From assembly GCA_021296325.1 (NCBI GenBank), contig JAGWAR010000002.1:65459-129458 (forward strand): a DNA stretch of 64,000 nt, given 5' to 3'. Of this stretch, positions 1 to 9,277 are shown one piece after another (position 1 is the first letter of the stretch; the number at the start of each line of letters is the position of its first letter). This DNA is from Alphaproteobacteria bacterium (GTDB taxonomy: Bacteria; Pseudomonadota; Alphaproteobacteria; GCA-2746255). The position numbers and the translations under genes are program-made. Below the pieces are notes generated by a model. The model saw nothing but the letters and a program-made list of their open reading frames with translations, was not told where the DNA came from and did not search any database.

Positions 1-1
1 T

Positions 2-193
2 GCCAACCTGCTGGCGGCCATGCAGCCGCCCGACTTCCCGATGGCGATCGGGATCCTTTACTGCAACCCGACCGAATCCTACACGGAGAAGGTCCAGCGA
101 CAGGTCGAGGACGCCAAGGCGAAGACAAAGGCGGCGCCCGGCGACATCAACGCACTGCTCCGTTCCGGCCACACCTGGGAAGTTACCGACTAG
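2..193 (+). CDS. 3' end of a gene whose C-terminus resembles the 2-oxoacid:ferredoxin oxidoreductase beta subunit (partial; upstream part lies outside the window)
   Basis: Open frame runs in from the window edge to TAG at 191-193. The C-terminal peptide ...GDINALLRSGHTWEVTD is what I recall of KorB-type tails. Codon usage is high-GC3. Confidence 0.35.
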   Translation, partial: ANLLAAMQPPDFPMAIGILYCNPTESYTEKVQRQVEDAKAKTKAAPGDINALLRSGHTWEVTD

Positions 194-253
194 CGTTCAC
201 CTGGCCGGGGCCGGGTTGACGGGCATGTCTCCTCCCTCCAAAGTGATTCCAGG

Positions 254-1594
254 ATGACGATCAGGGTAGCAATCATCGGGGCCGGACCGGCCGGTTTCTA
301 CACGGCTGAGGCCCTGACGGAGGCGGACGCCGAGATTGACCTCATCGAATATTTGCCGGCCCCCTACGGGCTGATTCGGGCCGGCGTGGCACCCGACCAC
401 CAGACGACGAAGAAAATCCAGAAAAGCTATGCCAAGACCGCGCTGAAGCCAGCGGTCCGCTACTACGGCAACGTCAAGGTCGGCCGCGACGTGAGCCTGG
501 ACGAGCTGCGCGAGATCTACGACGCCGTCGTGCTAGCCATCGGGGCGCCGACCGACAACCCGGCGCGGCTGCCGGGCGCCGACAAGCGAGGCGTCTATGG
601 CTCGGCCGCCTTCGTCGGCTGGTACAACGCCCACCCGGATTTCCGCAACCTCGACCCGGATCTCGACACCTCCGCCGTTGCCGTCGTCGGGGTCGGCAAC
701 GTCGCCGTCGACGTCGCCAGGGTGCTGGTCAAGACGCCGGCCGAGATGGCCACGGCCGATTTGCCGGACTACGCCGCCGAGCGCATCCAGGCGGCGCCCA
801 TCCAGGACGTCTACATGTTCGGCCGGCGGGGCCCGGTCGACGCGAAGTTCACGAATGTGGAGCTGCGCGAGATGGGCCGCCTTGAGAATTGTGTGCCGAT
901 CGTCGATCCCGCCCAACTGCCGGACGCGGTCGAGGGCGATTACGAGGACCGGGATTTGCGCGTGCGCGAGAAGAACCTGGCCACGCTGAAGGAATTTTCC
1001 GAACGCCGGCGGGAGGAAAAGCCGAAGGGGGTTCACTTCGTCTTTTATGCCTCCCCCGTCGAGATCCTGGGCGGCGAGAAGGTCGAGGGCCTGCGGCTGG
1101 AGCGGACCCGGGTCGAGGAGGGGCGCGCCGTCGGCACCGGCGAGTTCTTCGAGGTTGCGTGTGGGGCCATCGTCTCGGCCATCGGCTATCGCTCGACCCC
1201 GATCGAGGGCGCACCCTTCGACGAGAAATGGGGGATCGTCCCGAACGAGGACGGCCGGGTCGAGGACGGGCTTTACGCCGTCGGCTGGATCAAGCGGGGG
1301 CCGACCGGCACGATCGCCACCAACAAGCCGGACGGCAAGCTTGCCGCCGAGCAGATCCTGGCCGATGGCAAGGAAGGCAAGCCCGGCCGGGCGAGCCTGG
1401 AGAAGCTGCTCGCGGCCCGTGGCGTGCGGCCGGTTTCCTTCGAGGAGTGGCAGAAGATCGAGGCGATCGAGGAAGCCAACGCGACGCCGCCCTCGCCGCG
1501 CCGGAAATTCGCCACCGTCGAGGACATGCTGGCCCAGCTCGAGCGCGCCGAAGCCGCACGGGAGACCGGCTGCCCGGGAAGCGCGCGGGCATGA
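254..1594 (+). CDS. fprA: FprA-type NADPH:ferredoxin (adrenodoxin-type) reductase
   Basis: 446 aa. N-terminal Rossmann motif AIIGAGPAGFYTAE, a second GVGNVAVDVARVL motif, and the GWIKRGPTG motif typical of FprA/adrenodoxin reductase. Confidence 0.8.
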   Translation: MTIRVAIIGAGPAGFYTAEALTEADAEIDLIEYLPAPYGLIRAGVAPDHQTTKKIQKSYAKTALKPAVRYYGNVKVGRDVSLDELREIYDAVVLAIGAPTDNPARLPGADKRGVYGSAAFVGWYNAHPDFRNLDPDLDTSAVAVVGVGNVAVDVARVLVKTPAEMATADLPDYAAERIQAAPIQDVYMFGRRGPVDAKFTNVELREMGRLENCVPIVDPAQLPDAVEGDYEDRDLRVREKNLATLKEFSERRREEKPKGVHFVFYASPVEILGGEKVEGLRLERTRVEEGRAVGTGEFFEVACGAIVSAIGYRSTPIEGAPFDEKWGIVPNEDGRVEDGLYAVGWIKRGPTGTIATNKPDGKLAAEQILADGKEGKPGRASLEKLLAARGVRPVSFEEWQKIEAIEEANATPPSPRRKFATVEDMLAQLERAEAARETGCPGSARA

Positions 1595-1600
1595 AAAAAA

Positions 1601-1624
1601 GGCGGCCCCGGGGCCGCCTTTTTT
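1601..1624. terminator. Bidirectional intrinsic terminator (GGCGGCCCC/GGGGCCGCC hairpin flanked by A7 and T6)
   Basis: Perfect 9-bp stem directly after the fprA stop (1592-1594). The T-tract is on the + side, and the A-tract on the + side supplies a T-tract for minus-strand transcripts, i.e. the tRNA-Gln 3' trailer. Confidence 0.5.
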
Positions 1625-1697
1625 GGTTGGGGCGGCAGGATTCGAACCTGCGATCACGGGATCAAAACCCGTTGCCTTGCCACTTGGCCACGCCCCA
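1624..1697 (-). tRNA. tRNA-Gln (anticodon UUG), CCA encoded
   Basis: The reverse complement folds as a cloverleaf: acceptor UGGGGCG/CGCCCCA with the Gln-typical U1:A72, D-arm GCCAAGUGGCAAGGC, anticodon stem ACGGG/CCCGU with loop UUUUGAU (anticodon UUG), T-arm GCAGG-UUCGAAUC-CUGC, then discriminator A and CCA. Confidence 0.85.
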
Positions 1698-1869
1698 AAA
1701 TCAGTGGTCGGGAAAGTGGCGCAAAAACCCCGCTGCCGCAAGGGAAGGCCATGACGGTACCACCGCCGCCACGGGCAGACCCGGAAGGGCCGGCAGGCCG
1801 GACGGACCCAGGGTATTACTCCCTTGTGTCCAAAGGGGCGACCGGGATAGGCTTCCAGCGGGGGAAGGT

Positions 1870-2040
1870 ATGACCGGCTGGAAACTCGAAGGCATCTCGA
1901 CCGAGGCCCGCGAGGCGGCGAAGGAAGCCGCCCGCCAGGAAAAACTGTCTTTGGGCGAATGGCTAAGCCGGTTGGTCCTAAGAGCCGCCAAGAGCCCGGA
2001 AACGGGGGGCGAAACCCCTGCAAAGCCGGACCCGGACTAG
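1870..2040 (+). CDS. Small protein consisting only of a PodJ-type N-terminal domain (paralogue 1 of 3)
   Basis: 56 aa. MTGWKLEGISTEAREAAKEAARQEKLSLGEWL aligns residue for residue with the N-termini of the two downstream ORFs. The long six-frame ORF 889..2040 reads through the tRNA and is spurious; the real ATG is at 1870 after a GGGAAGG RBS. Confidence 0.5.
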   Translation: MTGWKLEGISTEAREAAKEAARQEKLSLGEWLSRLVLRAAKSPETGGETPAKPDPD

Positions 2041-2165
2041 CCCTACCAGCACTACTTTCCTTGACGCAGGCTGTACCATTCCCTTACATTCCGGGCGGTT
2101 CGCTGGGCCGTTTACCAAACCGGCAATGGGGTCTCTCGTTGGATCTTTCGTTAAGGTGAGGTTGG

Positions 2166-2687
2166 ATGACGTCCCAGTCGCCCTGGAGCATTAAAGGCAT
2201 CGAGCCGGAAGCCCGCGAGGCCGCCAAGATGGCGGCCCGGAAGGCCGGCATGACGCTTGGCGGCTGGCTGACGCGGACCATCCTTTCCGTCGCCGCCCAT
2301 GAGCTCAAGCGGAACACCGCCGGCAAGCCGCCGCCGGAATGGGAGGAAGGGGCCGGCCCCGACCTTTCGCCCCCTTCGCCGCCGGCGCTGACGGAAGAGG
2401 CCATCCTCAAGAGCATCCAGCAGCTCATCCAGCGGGTCGAGCATATCGAGCAGGTGACCCAGGAAACCATCGCGCCGATCTCCGAGAAGGTCGAGCAGCT
2501 GGCCGAGCGGGTCAAGGAAGTGAACGAGAAGACCGGGATCAGTGCCGGCCCCCTGGAGCGGGCGCTGCAGCGGCTGACGGAACGGATGGACACGATGGAA
2601 GTGGGGGATGCCGCCCCCGAGCAGGAACGGGAAAAGCGGCCCCGCCCCCAGCGCAGCCGTTTCGCCCGCATGTTCAACCTCCCCTAG
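2166..2687 (+). CDS. PodJ-N-domain protein with proline-rich linker and coiled-coil segment (paralogue 2 of 3)
   Basis: 173 aa. The N-terminus WSIKGIEPEAREAAKMAARKAGMTLGGWL is followed by a PPEWEEGAGPDLSPPSPP linker and heptad-like ILKSIQQLIQRVEHIEQVTQETIAPISEKVEQLAERVKEV. Confidence 0.6.
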   Translation: MTSQSPWSIKGIEPEAREAAKMAARKAGMTLGGWLTRTILSVAAHELKRNTAGKPPPEWEEGAGPDLSPPSPPALTEEAILKSIQQLIQRVEHIEQVTQETIAPISEKVEQLAERVKEVNEKTGISAGPLERALQRLTERMDTMEVGDAAPEQEREKRPRPQRSRFARMFNLP

Positions 2688-2798
2688 ATAAGCCATAAAA
2701 AATCACCGTCGCCGGGCTCTCGGGATACCGCGGGGGCATGCGGCTTGTGTTAAACTTTCCCCGATTGCAACCGCAGACGCCGAAGGACCTTCGACAGG

Positions 2799-3947
2799 AT
2801 GACGACAAAAGGGGCCTGGTATCCAAAAGGCGTCGGCCCGGAAGCCCGCAAGGCCGCCAGGGAAGCGGCGAAACGGGCCGGGATGCCGATCGGCCAATGG
2901 GTTGAATCCGCCATTCTGCGCCACACCCGGAACACGGGTTCAAAAGACCCGCAGGCGCCCGAGCTTGCCCTCATCGCCAAGGGCGCACCGGCGGAAGAAA
3001 CGGGAACGGACGACCGTTACGCGGCGGCCCCGCCCCACCGAATCCACCGCCAACTTCGCTGGCTGGCCGGCGGGTCCCTCGTCACCCTCGTCTTCCTGAT
3101 CGCGGGCTTCGGGCTTTTCTGGATCGGCCAGCGCGACGGCCCGCCGCCCCAGATCACCGAGGCCGTTCCCGAGACCGAACCGGGCAAGGCGGAGGACTTT
3201 TCCCAAGCCACCCTGAACCAGATCCGCGGCTCCGCCCAAGCCGGCGACCGGGAGGCCCAATTCCGGCTCGGCATGCGCTACGCCCTGGGCGAGTGGGTGC
3301 CGAAGGACGAGCTGGCCGCCGCCGACTGGTTCGAGAAGGCGGCCCTGCAGGGCCATCCCCAGGCGCAATACCGGCTGGGCCTGCTTTACGAGGAAGGGCG
3401 CGTCGTCGCCCAGAACCTTTTCGAAGCCTTTTTCTGGTTCCAGAGCGCTGCCGAACAGGGCCATCTCGAATCCAAGTTCAAGGCCGGCGTCGCCTACGCG
3501 GCGGGCATCGGCATTGGCCAGGACACCAAGAAAGCGGCGGACCTGTTGCGCGGCGCCGCCGAAGACGGCCACGCCGGGGCCATGACGCGCCTGGCCGAAC
3601 TTTACGCGGAAGGCGACGGCGTGGACAAAGACCCCGAGGCGGCGGCCCGCTGGCAGGCGGCGGCCTCCACCGCCACCGCGACGACGCGGGCGGAACCGGA
3701 GCAAGTCCAGATCGTCGTCCTCGACAAGGCGCCGCTGGATGCGCAAAGGCTCGAGGCGATGGAACGGCTGCTGGCCGGGCTCGGGTTCACGCCGGGTCCC
3801 ATCGACGGGGTCGTCACCAACGAAACGCAGGCGGCGATCCGGCTTTACCAGTCCTTCGCCGGCCTCGAAGCCGACGGCCAGCCTTCCAAACCCCTGCTTG
3901 ACGAATTGCGCGCGGTGTCCCGCTCGGCGGGGTTGCCGGTGAACTAA
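2799..3947 (+). CDS. podJ: PodJ-like polar organising protein: N-domain, one TM helix, Sel1/TPR repeats, C-terminal peptidoglycan-binding domain (paralogue 3 of 3)
   Basis: 382 aa. N-term WYPKGVGPEARKAAREAAKRAGMPIGQWV, TM segment LVTLVFLIAGFGLFWI, at least three Sel1 repeats (AQFRLGMRYALGEWVPKD..., AQYRLGLLYEEGRVV..., AMTRLAELYAEGDGVDKD), and PG_binding_1-like LAGLGFTPGPIDGVVTNETQAAIRLYQSFAGLEADGQ. Confidence 0.7.
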   Translation: MTTKGAWYPKGVGPEARKAAREAAKRAGMPIGQWVESAILRHTRNTGSKDPQAPELALIAKGAPAEETGTDDRYAAAPPHRIHRQLRWLAGGSLVTLVFLIAGFGLFWIGQRDGPPPQITEAVPETEPGKAEDFSQATLNQIRGSAQAGDREAQFRLGMRYALGEWVPKDELAAADWFEKAALQGHPQAQYRLGLLYEEGRVVAQNLFEAFFWFQSAAEQGHLESKFKAGVAYAAGIGIGQDTKKAADLLRGAAEDGHAGAMTRLAELYAEGDGVDKDPEAAARWQAAASTATATTRAEPEQVQIVVLDKAPLDAQRLEAMERLLAGLGFTPGPIDGVVTNETQAAIRLYQSFAGLEADGQPSKPLLDELRAVSRSAGLPVN

Positions 3948-3965
3948 CGGCGGGCCGGCGAAAGA

Positions 3966-4856
3966 TCAGGCGTCGGCAAACAGTTCCGTCGCCGCAACCC
4001 ACCACTCGGGATGACCCTCTGCAAGCGTTGCCGCCGCCACGTCGGCCGTGGCGCGATCGGCATAGAGCCCGAAGCAGGTCGTCCCGCTGCCGGACATTTG
4101 CGACAACAGGCAATCGGGCGTGGCGGCAATGGCCGTCCGCACCGTTTCGATTCCGGGTGCAAGCGACATGGCAGGGGCGGCAAGGTCGTTGCGTCGGGCC
4201 TTCAGGTAACGGGCAAGCCCGGCCGCGTCTTCAGGCAGCGCCTCGCGGGGGGCGGGTTTTGAAACCGTGCCCCCCAACGCCTTGAAGACGGCGGCCGTCG
4301 ACAGGGCCACCCCCGGATTGACCAACACCAGACCGGCCGCCGGCACGCCGGTTGCCGGCGTCAGTTCCTCGCCGATGCCGCCCATGAAGGCGGGCCGGCT
4401 TTCGATGCAAACCGGCACGTCGGCGCCGAGCTCGAGGCCGAGGCCGCCAAGCGCCCTGGCGTCGAGGTCGAGGTTCCAGAGACGGGCGAGGCCCAGAAGC
4501 GTCGCCGCCGCGTCCGCCGAACCGCCACCGATGCCGGCAGCGACGGGCAGGTTCTTGGTGAGCGTGATCGCCGCCCCCGCCTTGACGCGATGCAGCCTGG
4601 CCAGGTGACGGGCAGCGCGGAGCACCAAATTGTCATCGAGGTTCACCTCGCCCAGGGCGGCGGAGAAAGGCCCGCGGATGACGAGGCTCAACGTGTCGTC
4701 GGACGCGAAGGCAAGTTCGTCGTGAAGGCCCGCAAAGACGACGAGGCTGTCCAGCAGGTGATAGCCGTCCTCACGCACGCCGACAATGTGAAGGTAGAGA
4801 TTAAGCTTTGCCGGGGCCGTAAGGTGAAATTCGCCGTGCGCCACCTTTACCGTCAC
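3966..4856 (-). CDS. ispE: 4-diphosphocytidyl-2-C-methyl-D-erythritol kinase
   Basis: 296 aa GHMP-kinase fold. PAKLNLYLHI near the N-terminus, glycine-rich PVAAGIGGGSADAAATL. Confidence 0.9.
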   Translation of the reverse strand: MTVKVAHGEFHLTAPAKLNLYLHIVGVREDGYHLLDSLVVFAGLHDELAFASDDTLSLVIRGPFSAALGEVNLDDNLVLRAARHLARLHRVKAGAAITLTKNLPVAAGIGGGSADAAATLLGLARLWNLDLDARALGGLGLELGADVPVCIESRPAFMGGIGEELTPATGVPAAGLVLVNPGVALSTAAVFKALGGTVSKPAPREALPEDAAGLARYLKARRNDLAAPAMSLAPGIETVRTAIAATPDCLLSQMSGSGTTCFGLYADRATADVAAATLAEGHPEWWVAATELFADA

Positions 4857-4862
4857 CGCCCG

Positions 4863-6620
4863 TTACTTGCTCTTGTTAAAGTCGGCAGGCAGCCCGCCAT
4901 CCAGTTTCGACTGGATCGTGGCGCTAAGCTTGGGGTCGGCTTCGTCGGCAACGTTGAACGTCAGCGCGCGACGCCACTGGAAGCGTGCCTCGTAGTGCCG
5001 GCCAACCTGCCAATAAACGTCGCCAAGGTGGTCGTTGATGACCGGATCGTTGGGCCTGAGCTGCACCGCCAGTTCGAGATGGGGCAGCGCCTCCGCGTAT
5101 TGCCCGATGCGGTAAAGCGCCCAGCCCATGCTGTCGACGATGTAGCCGTCCCGCGGCCTCAGCTCGACGGCGCGCTTGATCAGGCGCTGGGCCTCGTCCA
5201 GCTTCTTGCCCTTCTCCAGCCAGGAATAGCCCAGATAGTTGAGCACATAGGGCTGATCCGGCTGTAGCTCGAGCGCGCGCTGGAGATCGGCCTCGGCGCG
5301 TTCCCATTCGTCCGACTGTTCGAGCGCGATGCCGCGCGCATAGAAAAGGGTCCAGTGGTGAGGCTGGATCTTTTCGATGCGTTCGATCGCATCGCTATAG
5401 GCGTCGATCGCATCGTCATAGAGCTTGTGCAGGCGAAGCATCGTGCCCAGTTCGACCAGGGCATCGATCCGTTCGGGACGTTCTTTCGCCATCTTCCGAA
5501 GCAGGCGGCTGGCCTGCTTGCGATCGCCCAGCGCCTCGTAATTCTTGGCAATGCGAATTCGGCCAAGCCATCCCCAGGCATCGCCGGCCGGAATTCTTTC
5601 GTAGATCCGGATGGCGGCGGCGTAGCGGTTATGAATTTCGTGAATCTCGGCGATCAGAACGTCGGCCTCGTACAAATTCTCGCGAAGATCGATGGCCATC
5701 TGGGCGAAAACAAGCTCGAAGCCGAACGAGCTTTGCTGATAAAGCGAGCTTTGCTGATGAAAGAGGACGGCGATGCTGTAAAAAACCTCGGCCAGCCCTT
5801 CGACGGCGTCCTGCACGAAACGCTGCGGCATCTCCTCGCCGGCAAGCTGGTCCCTTCGCATGCCGAGAACAAGGGAGGCGCTGTTGTCGGAAATGTAACG
5901 CTCGTAAAGGTCGCGGGCCTCTTCCTTGCGGCCGTGGCGCGTATAAAAATTACCGAGCGCCTCGACCACCCGCAGGGTCGGCACGTGATTGCTTAGCGCG
6001 TTGATGTAGTTGCCTTCCGCCGAATCGGCCTTGCCGTCCAAATCGTAGAGCAGCGCCAGGTGATAGCGGTAGATCGACTCGAAGCCTTCCATCTTCGCAA
6101 GCGCGCCAAGCTCTTCGAGCGCCTGCTCGTGCTTGCCGAGGGCGAGATGTATCCAGGCCGAAAAAAGCGGGTTGAGATAAACGTGCAGGCCCTGCCGTGG
6201 AATTTTTTCCAGAAGGTCGAGCGCCTTGTCGTATTGCTTTTTCCGGAAGGCGCGTTCGACCAGATAGAGCCCGGCGACCGGGTCGTCCGCTGCCGCATCG
6301 ATGACGCGCAGGGCAAGCGCATCGGCTTCCTTGAACCTGCCCTCGCCTGCCATCAGGTAAAAGGTGCGTCGCAGCAGGTCGAGATTGTCCGGTTCGTAGG
6401 TGAGCGCGGTGGCCATGAAGTCGGCCGCCGCCTCGAAATCGCGGATCAGGGTGGCGTGCTGACCGGCCAGGTAATTGCCGGCAAAGCCCGATTCAAAGGC
6501 CTCCGGCGGCCCGGCGCGATGGGTCGAGCCGCCGCCACGCCCGTCGTCGCAGGCGGCAAGGGCAAGAATCAGAACGAGGCCGAGACCGGCTCGCCGGAAA
6601 TTTCCAGAAGATACGTACAA
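4863..6620 (-). CDS. TPR-repeat lipoprotein
   Basis: 585 aa. Lipoprotein signal LVLILALAACDD, many 34-residue TPR units with conserved W-LG-Y-A-P spacing, and conserved placement upstream of ispE. Confidence 0.8.
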   Translation of the reverse strand: MYVSSGNFRRAGLGLVLILALAACDDGRGGGSTHRAGPPEAFESGFAGNYLAGQHATLIRDFEAAADFMATALTYEPDNLDLLRRTFYLMAGEGRFKEADALALRVIDAAADDPVAGLYLVERAFRKKQYDKALDLLEKIPRQGLHVYLNPLFSAWIHLALGKHEQALEELGALAKMEGFESIYRYHLALLYDLDGKADSAEGNYINALSNHVPTLRVVEALGNFYTRHGRKEEARDLYERYISDNSASLVLGMRRDQLAGEEMPQRFVQDAVEGLAEVFYSIAVLFHQQSSLYQQSSFGFELVFAQMAIDLRENLYEADVLIAEIHEIHNRYAAAIRIYERIPAGDAWGWLGRIRIAKNYEALGDRKQASRLLRKMAKERPERIDALVELGTMLRLHKLYDDAIDAYSDAIERIEKIQPHHWTLFYARGIALEQSDEWERAEADLQRALELQPDQPYVLNYLGYSWLEKGKKLDEAQRLIKRAVELRPRDGYIVDSMGWALYRIGQYAEALPHLELAVQLRPNDPVINDHLGDVYWQVGRHYEARFQWRRALTFNVADEADPKLSATIQSKLDGGLPADFNKSK

Positions 6621-6704
6621 GCCGCCTGCCCTCCGTCTGTCCTGCCACCCATGCTTTTTTTCCCAAATTAGGGGGTTTGCTGGCCGCTCGCAATCCCAAG
6701 AAGC

Positions 6705-8339
6705 CTACATGTTGGGGTAGTTCGGGCCGCCGCCGCCCTCGGGCACGACCCAGTTGATGTTCTGGGTCGGGTCCTTGATGTCGCAGGTTTTGCAATGCAC
6801 GCAGTTCTGGGCATTGATCTGCAACCGCGGATTGGCGCCGGCATCGTCACGCACGATCTCGTAAACGCCGGCCGGGCAGTAACGGGTTTCCGGCGCGTCG
6901 AAACGTTCCAGATTGACGTCGATCGCCACCCGCGAATCCTTGAGCACGAGATGCACCGGTTGGTTTTCTTCGTGGTTCGTGTTCGAAAGAAAGACGGAAG
7001 ACATCCTGTCGAAGGTGATCACGCCATCGGGTTTCGGATAGGCGATGGGCTGCGCTTCGGTTTTTCCTACAAGCGATTCGTGATCGGCGTGACCGTGGCG
7101 AAGCGTCCACGGCGCGCGGCCGCGGAAAAGAATCTGGTCGATGCCGGTGTAAAGCGTGCCGAGCCAAAGCCCCCACCGAAAGGCTGGCCGCACGTTGCGC
7201 GCCCGGTAGAGTTCGTCATGGACCCAGGTCTTCCGGAAATTTTCCGGATAGGCATTCAGTTCGTCGCCGCCTTCCCTGCCTTCCGAAAGGGCAGCGAAGG
7301 CGGCTTCCGCCGCCAGCATCCCCGACTTCATCGCCGTGTGCGTGCCCTTGATCTTCGGCATGTTCAACGTGCCGGCCTCGCATCCGATCAGCACGCCACC
7401 CGGAAAGGCGAGTTTGGGAAGCGATTGCAGGCCGCCTTCGTTGAGCGCACGGGCCCCGTAGGAGATGCGTTTGCCTCCTTCAAAGACGGGGCGGATCTTC
7501 GGATGCAACTTGAAGCGCTGAAATTCGTCATAGGGGCTTAGGTAAGGGTTCTTGTAGTCAAGGCCGATGACGAAGCCGACGGCGACCTGACGGTTTTCGA
7601 GGTGATAGAGGAACGAGCCGCCATAGGTCGCGCCATCCAGCGGCCAGCCCGCCGTGTGCACGACATGGCCCGGCCGGTGCTTCTCGGGGGCGACCTCCCA
7701 AAGCTCCTTGATGCCGATGCCGTAGGTCTGCGCTTCGGCCCCCTCGCGCAGGCCGAAGCGTTCGATCAGCTCCTTGCCGAGGCTGCCCCGGCAGCCTTCG
7801 GCGAAGAAGGTGTATTTCGCGTGCAACTCGATCCCCGGCTGGTAGGTGGCAAGCTTCTCGCCGTCCTGGCCCAGCCCCATGTCGCCGGTGGCAACGCCCT
7901 TGACACTGCCATCCGCGTTGGTGAGCACCTCGGCGGCGGCGAAGCCCGGATAGATCTCGACGCCCATCGCCTCGGCCTGGGAAGCCAGCCAACGGCAAAG
8001 ATTGCCAAGGCTGATGATGTAGTTGCCGCGGTTGTGCAGTGCCGGCGGCAGCAAAAAATTGGGAAAGGCCACGCCGCCCGATTCGGAAAGAAAGAGGAAT
8101 TGTTCGGACGTCACCGGGGTATGGACCGGCGCCTCCCTCTCCTTCCAGTCGGGCAGCAGCTCGTTCAGCGCCTTCGGGTCCAGCACGGCGCCGGAAAGAA
8201 TGTGGGCGCCCACTTCCGAGCCCTTCTCGATGACGCAAACGCTGAAATCCTTGCCCGCCGCCTCGCAGAGCTGGCGCAAGCGAATCGCCGCCGCCAGACC
8301 GGCCGGGCCGGCGCCGACGATGATGATGTCGTAGGTCAT
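6705..8339 (-). CDS. etfD: Electron-transfer flavoprotein:ubiquinone oxidoreductase
   Basis: Core begins [21 protein letters not shown] (FAD motif). 4Fe-4S cysteines [12 protein letters not shown] near the C-terminus, ending ...[12 protein letters not shown]. The track ORF starts at 8504, but the conserved N-terminus gives an ATG at 8339. Confidence 0.9.
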   Translation of the reverse strand: MTYDIIIVGAGPAGLAAAIRLRQLCEAAGKDFSVCVIEKGSEVGAHILSGAVLDPKALNELLPDWKEREAPVHTPVTSEQFLFLSESGGVAFPNFLLPPALHNRGNYIISLGNLCRWLASQAEAMGVEIYPGFAAAEVLTNADGSVKGVATGDMGLGQDGEKLATYQPGIELHAKYTFFAEGCRGSLGKELIERFGLREGAEAQTYGIGIKELWEVAPEKHRPGHVVHTAGWPLDGATYGGSFLYHLENRQVAVGFVIGLDYKNPYLSPYDEFQRFKLHPKIRPVFEGGKRISYGARALNEGGLQSLPKLAFPGGVLIGCEAGTLNMPKIKGTHTAMKSGMLAAEAAFAALSEGREGGDELNAYPENFRKTWVHDELYRARNVRPAFRWGLWLGTLYTGIDQILFRGRAPWTLRHGHADHESLVGKTEAQPIAYPKPDGVITFDRMSSVFLSNTNHEENQPVHLVLKDSRVAIDVNLERFDAPETRYCPAGVYEIVRDDAGANPRLQINAQNCVHCKTCDIKDPTQNINWVVPEGGGGPNYPNM

Positions 8340-8445
8340 GGATTCGCGTTCGCTCACGTCTTTCTCCTTTCGACGAGCCCAGGTGAAACAGGACGTTAAG
8401 TCTAGCATGATGCGCGTCCCGGGGGTGCATGCTAGGCTTTCGTGC

Positions 8446-9231
8446 ATGGAAAGCACGGAGGTTTCTTTTTCCCATCTTCGCTGGCAAATCGAAGCGGGCG
8501 CCAACGAGGCGGTCGGCGAGCAGCCGCGAAACCGCTACCAGGAAACCACCATGGGTCGTCCGCCGCCTTCGGATCCCGAATTGCCGCTTGCCCCGGAAGA
8601 GGCCGCGCCCAAGCGCGCCGCAAGCGCCGAGACGGCCAGCGCGCGCAGCCTGGCGGACGCGGCCAAGAATCTGGACGAACTGCGCGAGGCGCTTGCCCTT
8701 TACGAAGGCTGCCCGCTGAAGGGGGCGGCGAGGCTCGTCTTCGCGGACGGCAACCCGCAAGCCAGGGTCATGTTGATCGGCGAAGCGCCGGGCGCCGAGG
8801 AAGACCGCCAGGGCCTGCCCTTCGTGGGACCGAGCGGCAAGCTGCTCGACCGGATGCTGACGGCGATCGGGCTGGACCGGGGGTCCGTCTACATCACGAA
8901 CGTTCTTTTCTGGCGGCCGCCCGGCAACCGGCAGCCGACGCCGGCCGAAATCTCGTCCTGCCTTCCCTTCGTCGAACGGCACATCGAGCTGGTGGACCCG
9001 GAAATCCTGGTGCTGCTCGGCGGGCCGGCGGCCAAGACGCTGATGGCGCGCAACGAAGGGATCATGAAGCTTCGGGGCAAATGGTTCGAATACGAGAGCC
9101 GGGGCATGAGCCGGCCCTGCCCTGCCATCGCCACCTTCCACCCCGCCTATTTGCTGCGTTCGCCGATTCAAAAACGCACGGCCTGGGCCGATTTTCTAGC
9201 CATTCAGGCGAAGTTGCGGCAAGGCCGCTAG
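8446..9231 (+). CDS. Family-4 uracil-DNA glycosylase
   Basis: Motifs [20 protein letters not shown] and HPAYLLRSP; N-terminal [15 protein letters not shown]. Start chosen at the ATG nearest the conserved N-terminus; 8338 and 8407 are alternatives. Confidence 0.8.
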   Translation: MESTEVSFSHLRWQIEAGANEAVGEQPRNRYQETTMGRPPPSDPELPLAPEEAAPKRAASAETASARSLADAAKNLDELREALALYEGCPLKGAARLVFADGNPQARVMLIGEAPGAEEDRQGLPFVGPSGKLLDRMLTAIGLDRGSVYITNVLFWRPPGNRQPTPAEISSCLPFVERHIELVDPEILVLLGGPAAKTLMARNEGIMKLRGKWFEYESRGMSRPCPAIATFHPAYLLRSPIQKRTAWADFLAIQAKLRQGR

Positions 9232-9277
9232 GGCCCGGACCTTGCCGAGCAGGCCTGATTCCGTTAAGGGAAGCCGC

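Noticed and set aside
889-2040. 383-aa ORF spanning the fprA 3' half, the tRNA-Gln and the first PodJ-domain gene
   Set aside because: It reads straight through a tRNA gene and an intrinsic terminator. Only its last 56 codons (from the ATG at 1870) have a plausible RBS and paralogue support.
1597-3966. Integrative element at tRNA-Gln (PodJ-domain genes as cargo)
   Set aside because: There is no integrase, recombinase, direct repeat of the tRNA 3' end, or GC-content drop. GC and codon usage match the flanks.
8339-8504. Upstream in-frame extensions of ETF-QO (to 8504) and UDG (from 8338)
   Set aside because: The extensions lack homology and the conserved N-termini start at internal ATGs. The two extended ORFs would also overlap each other divergently.
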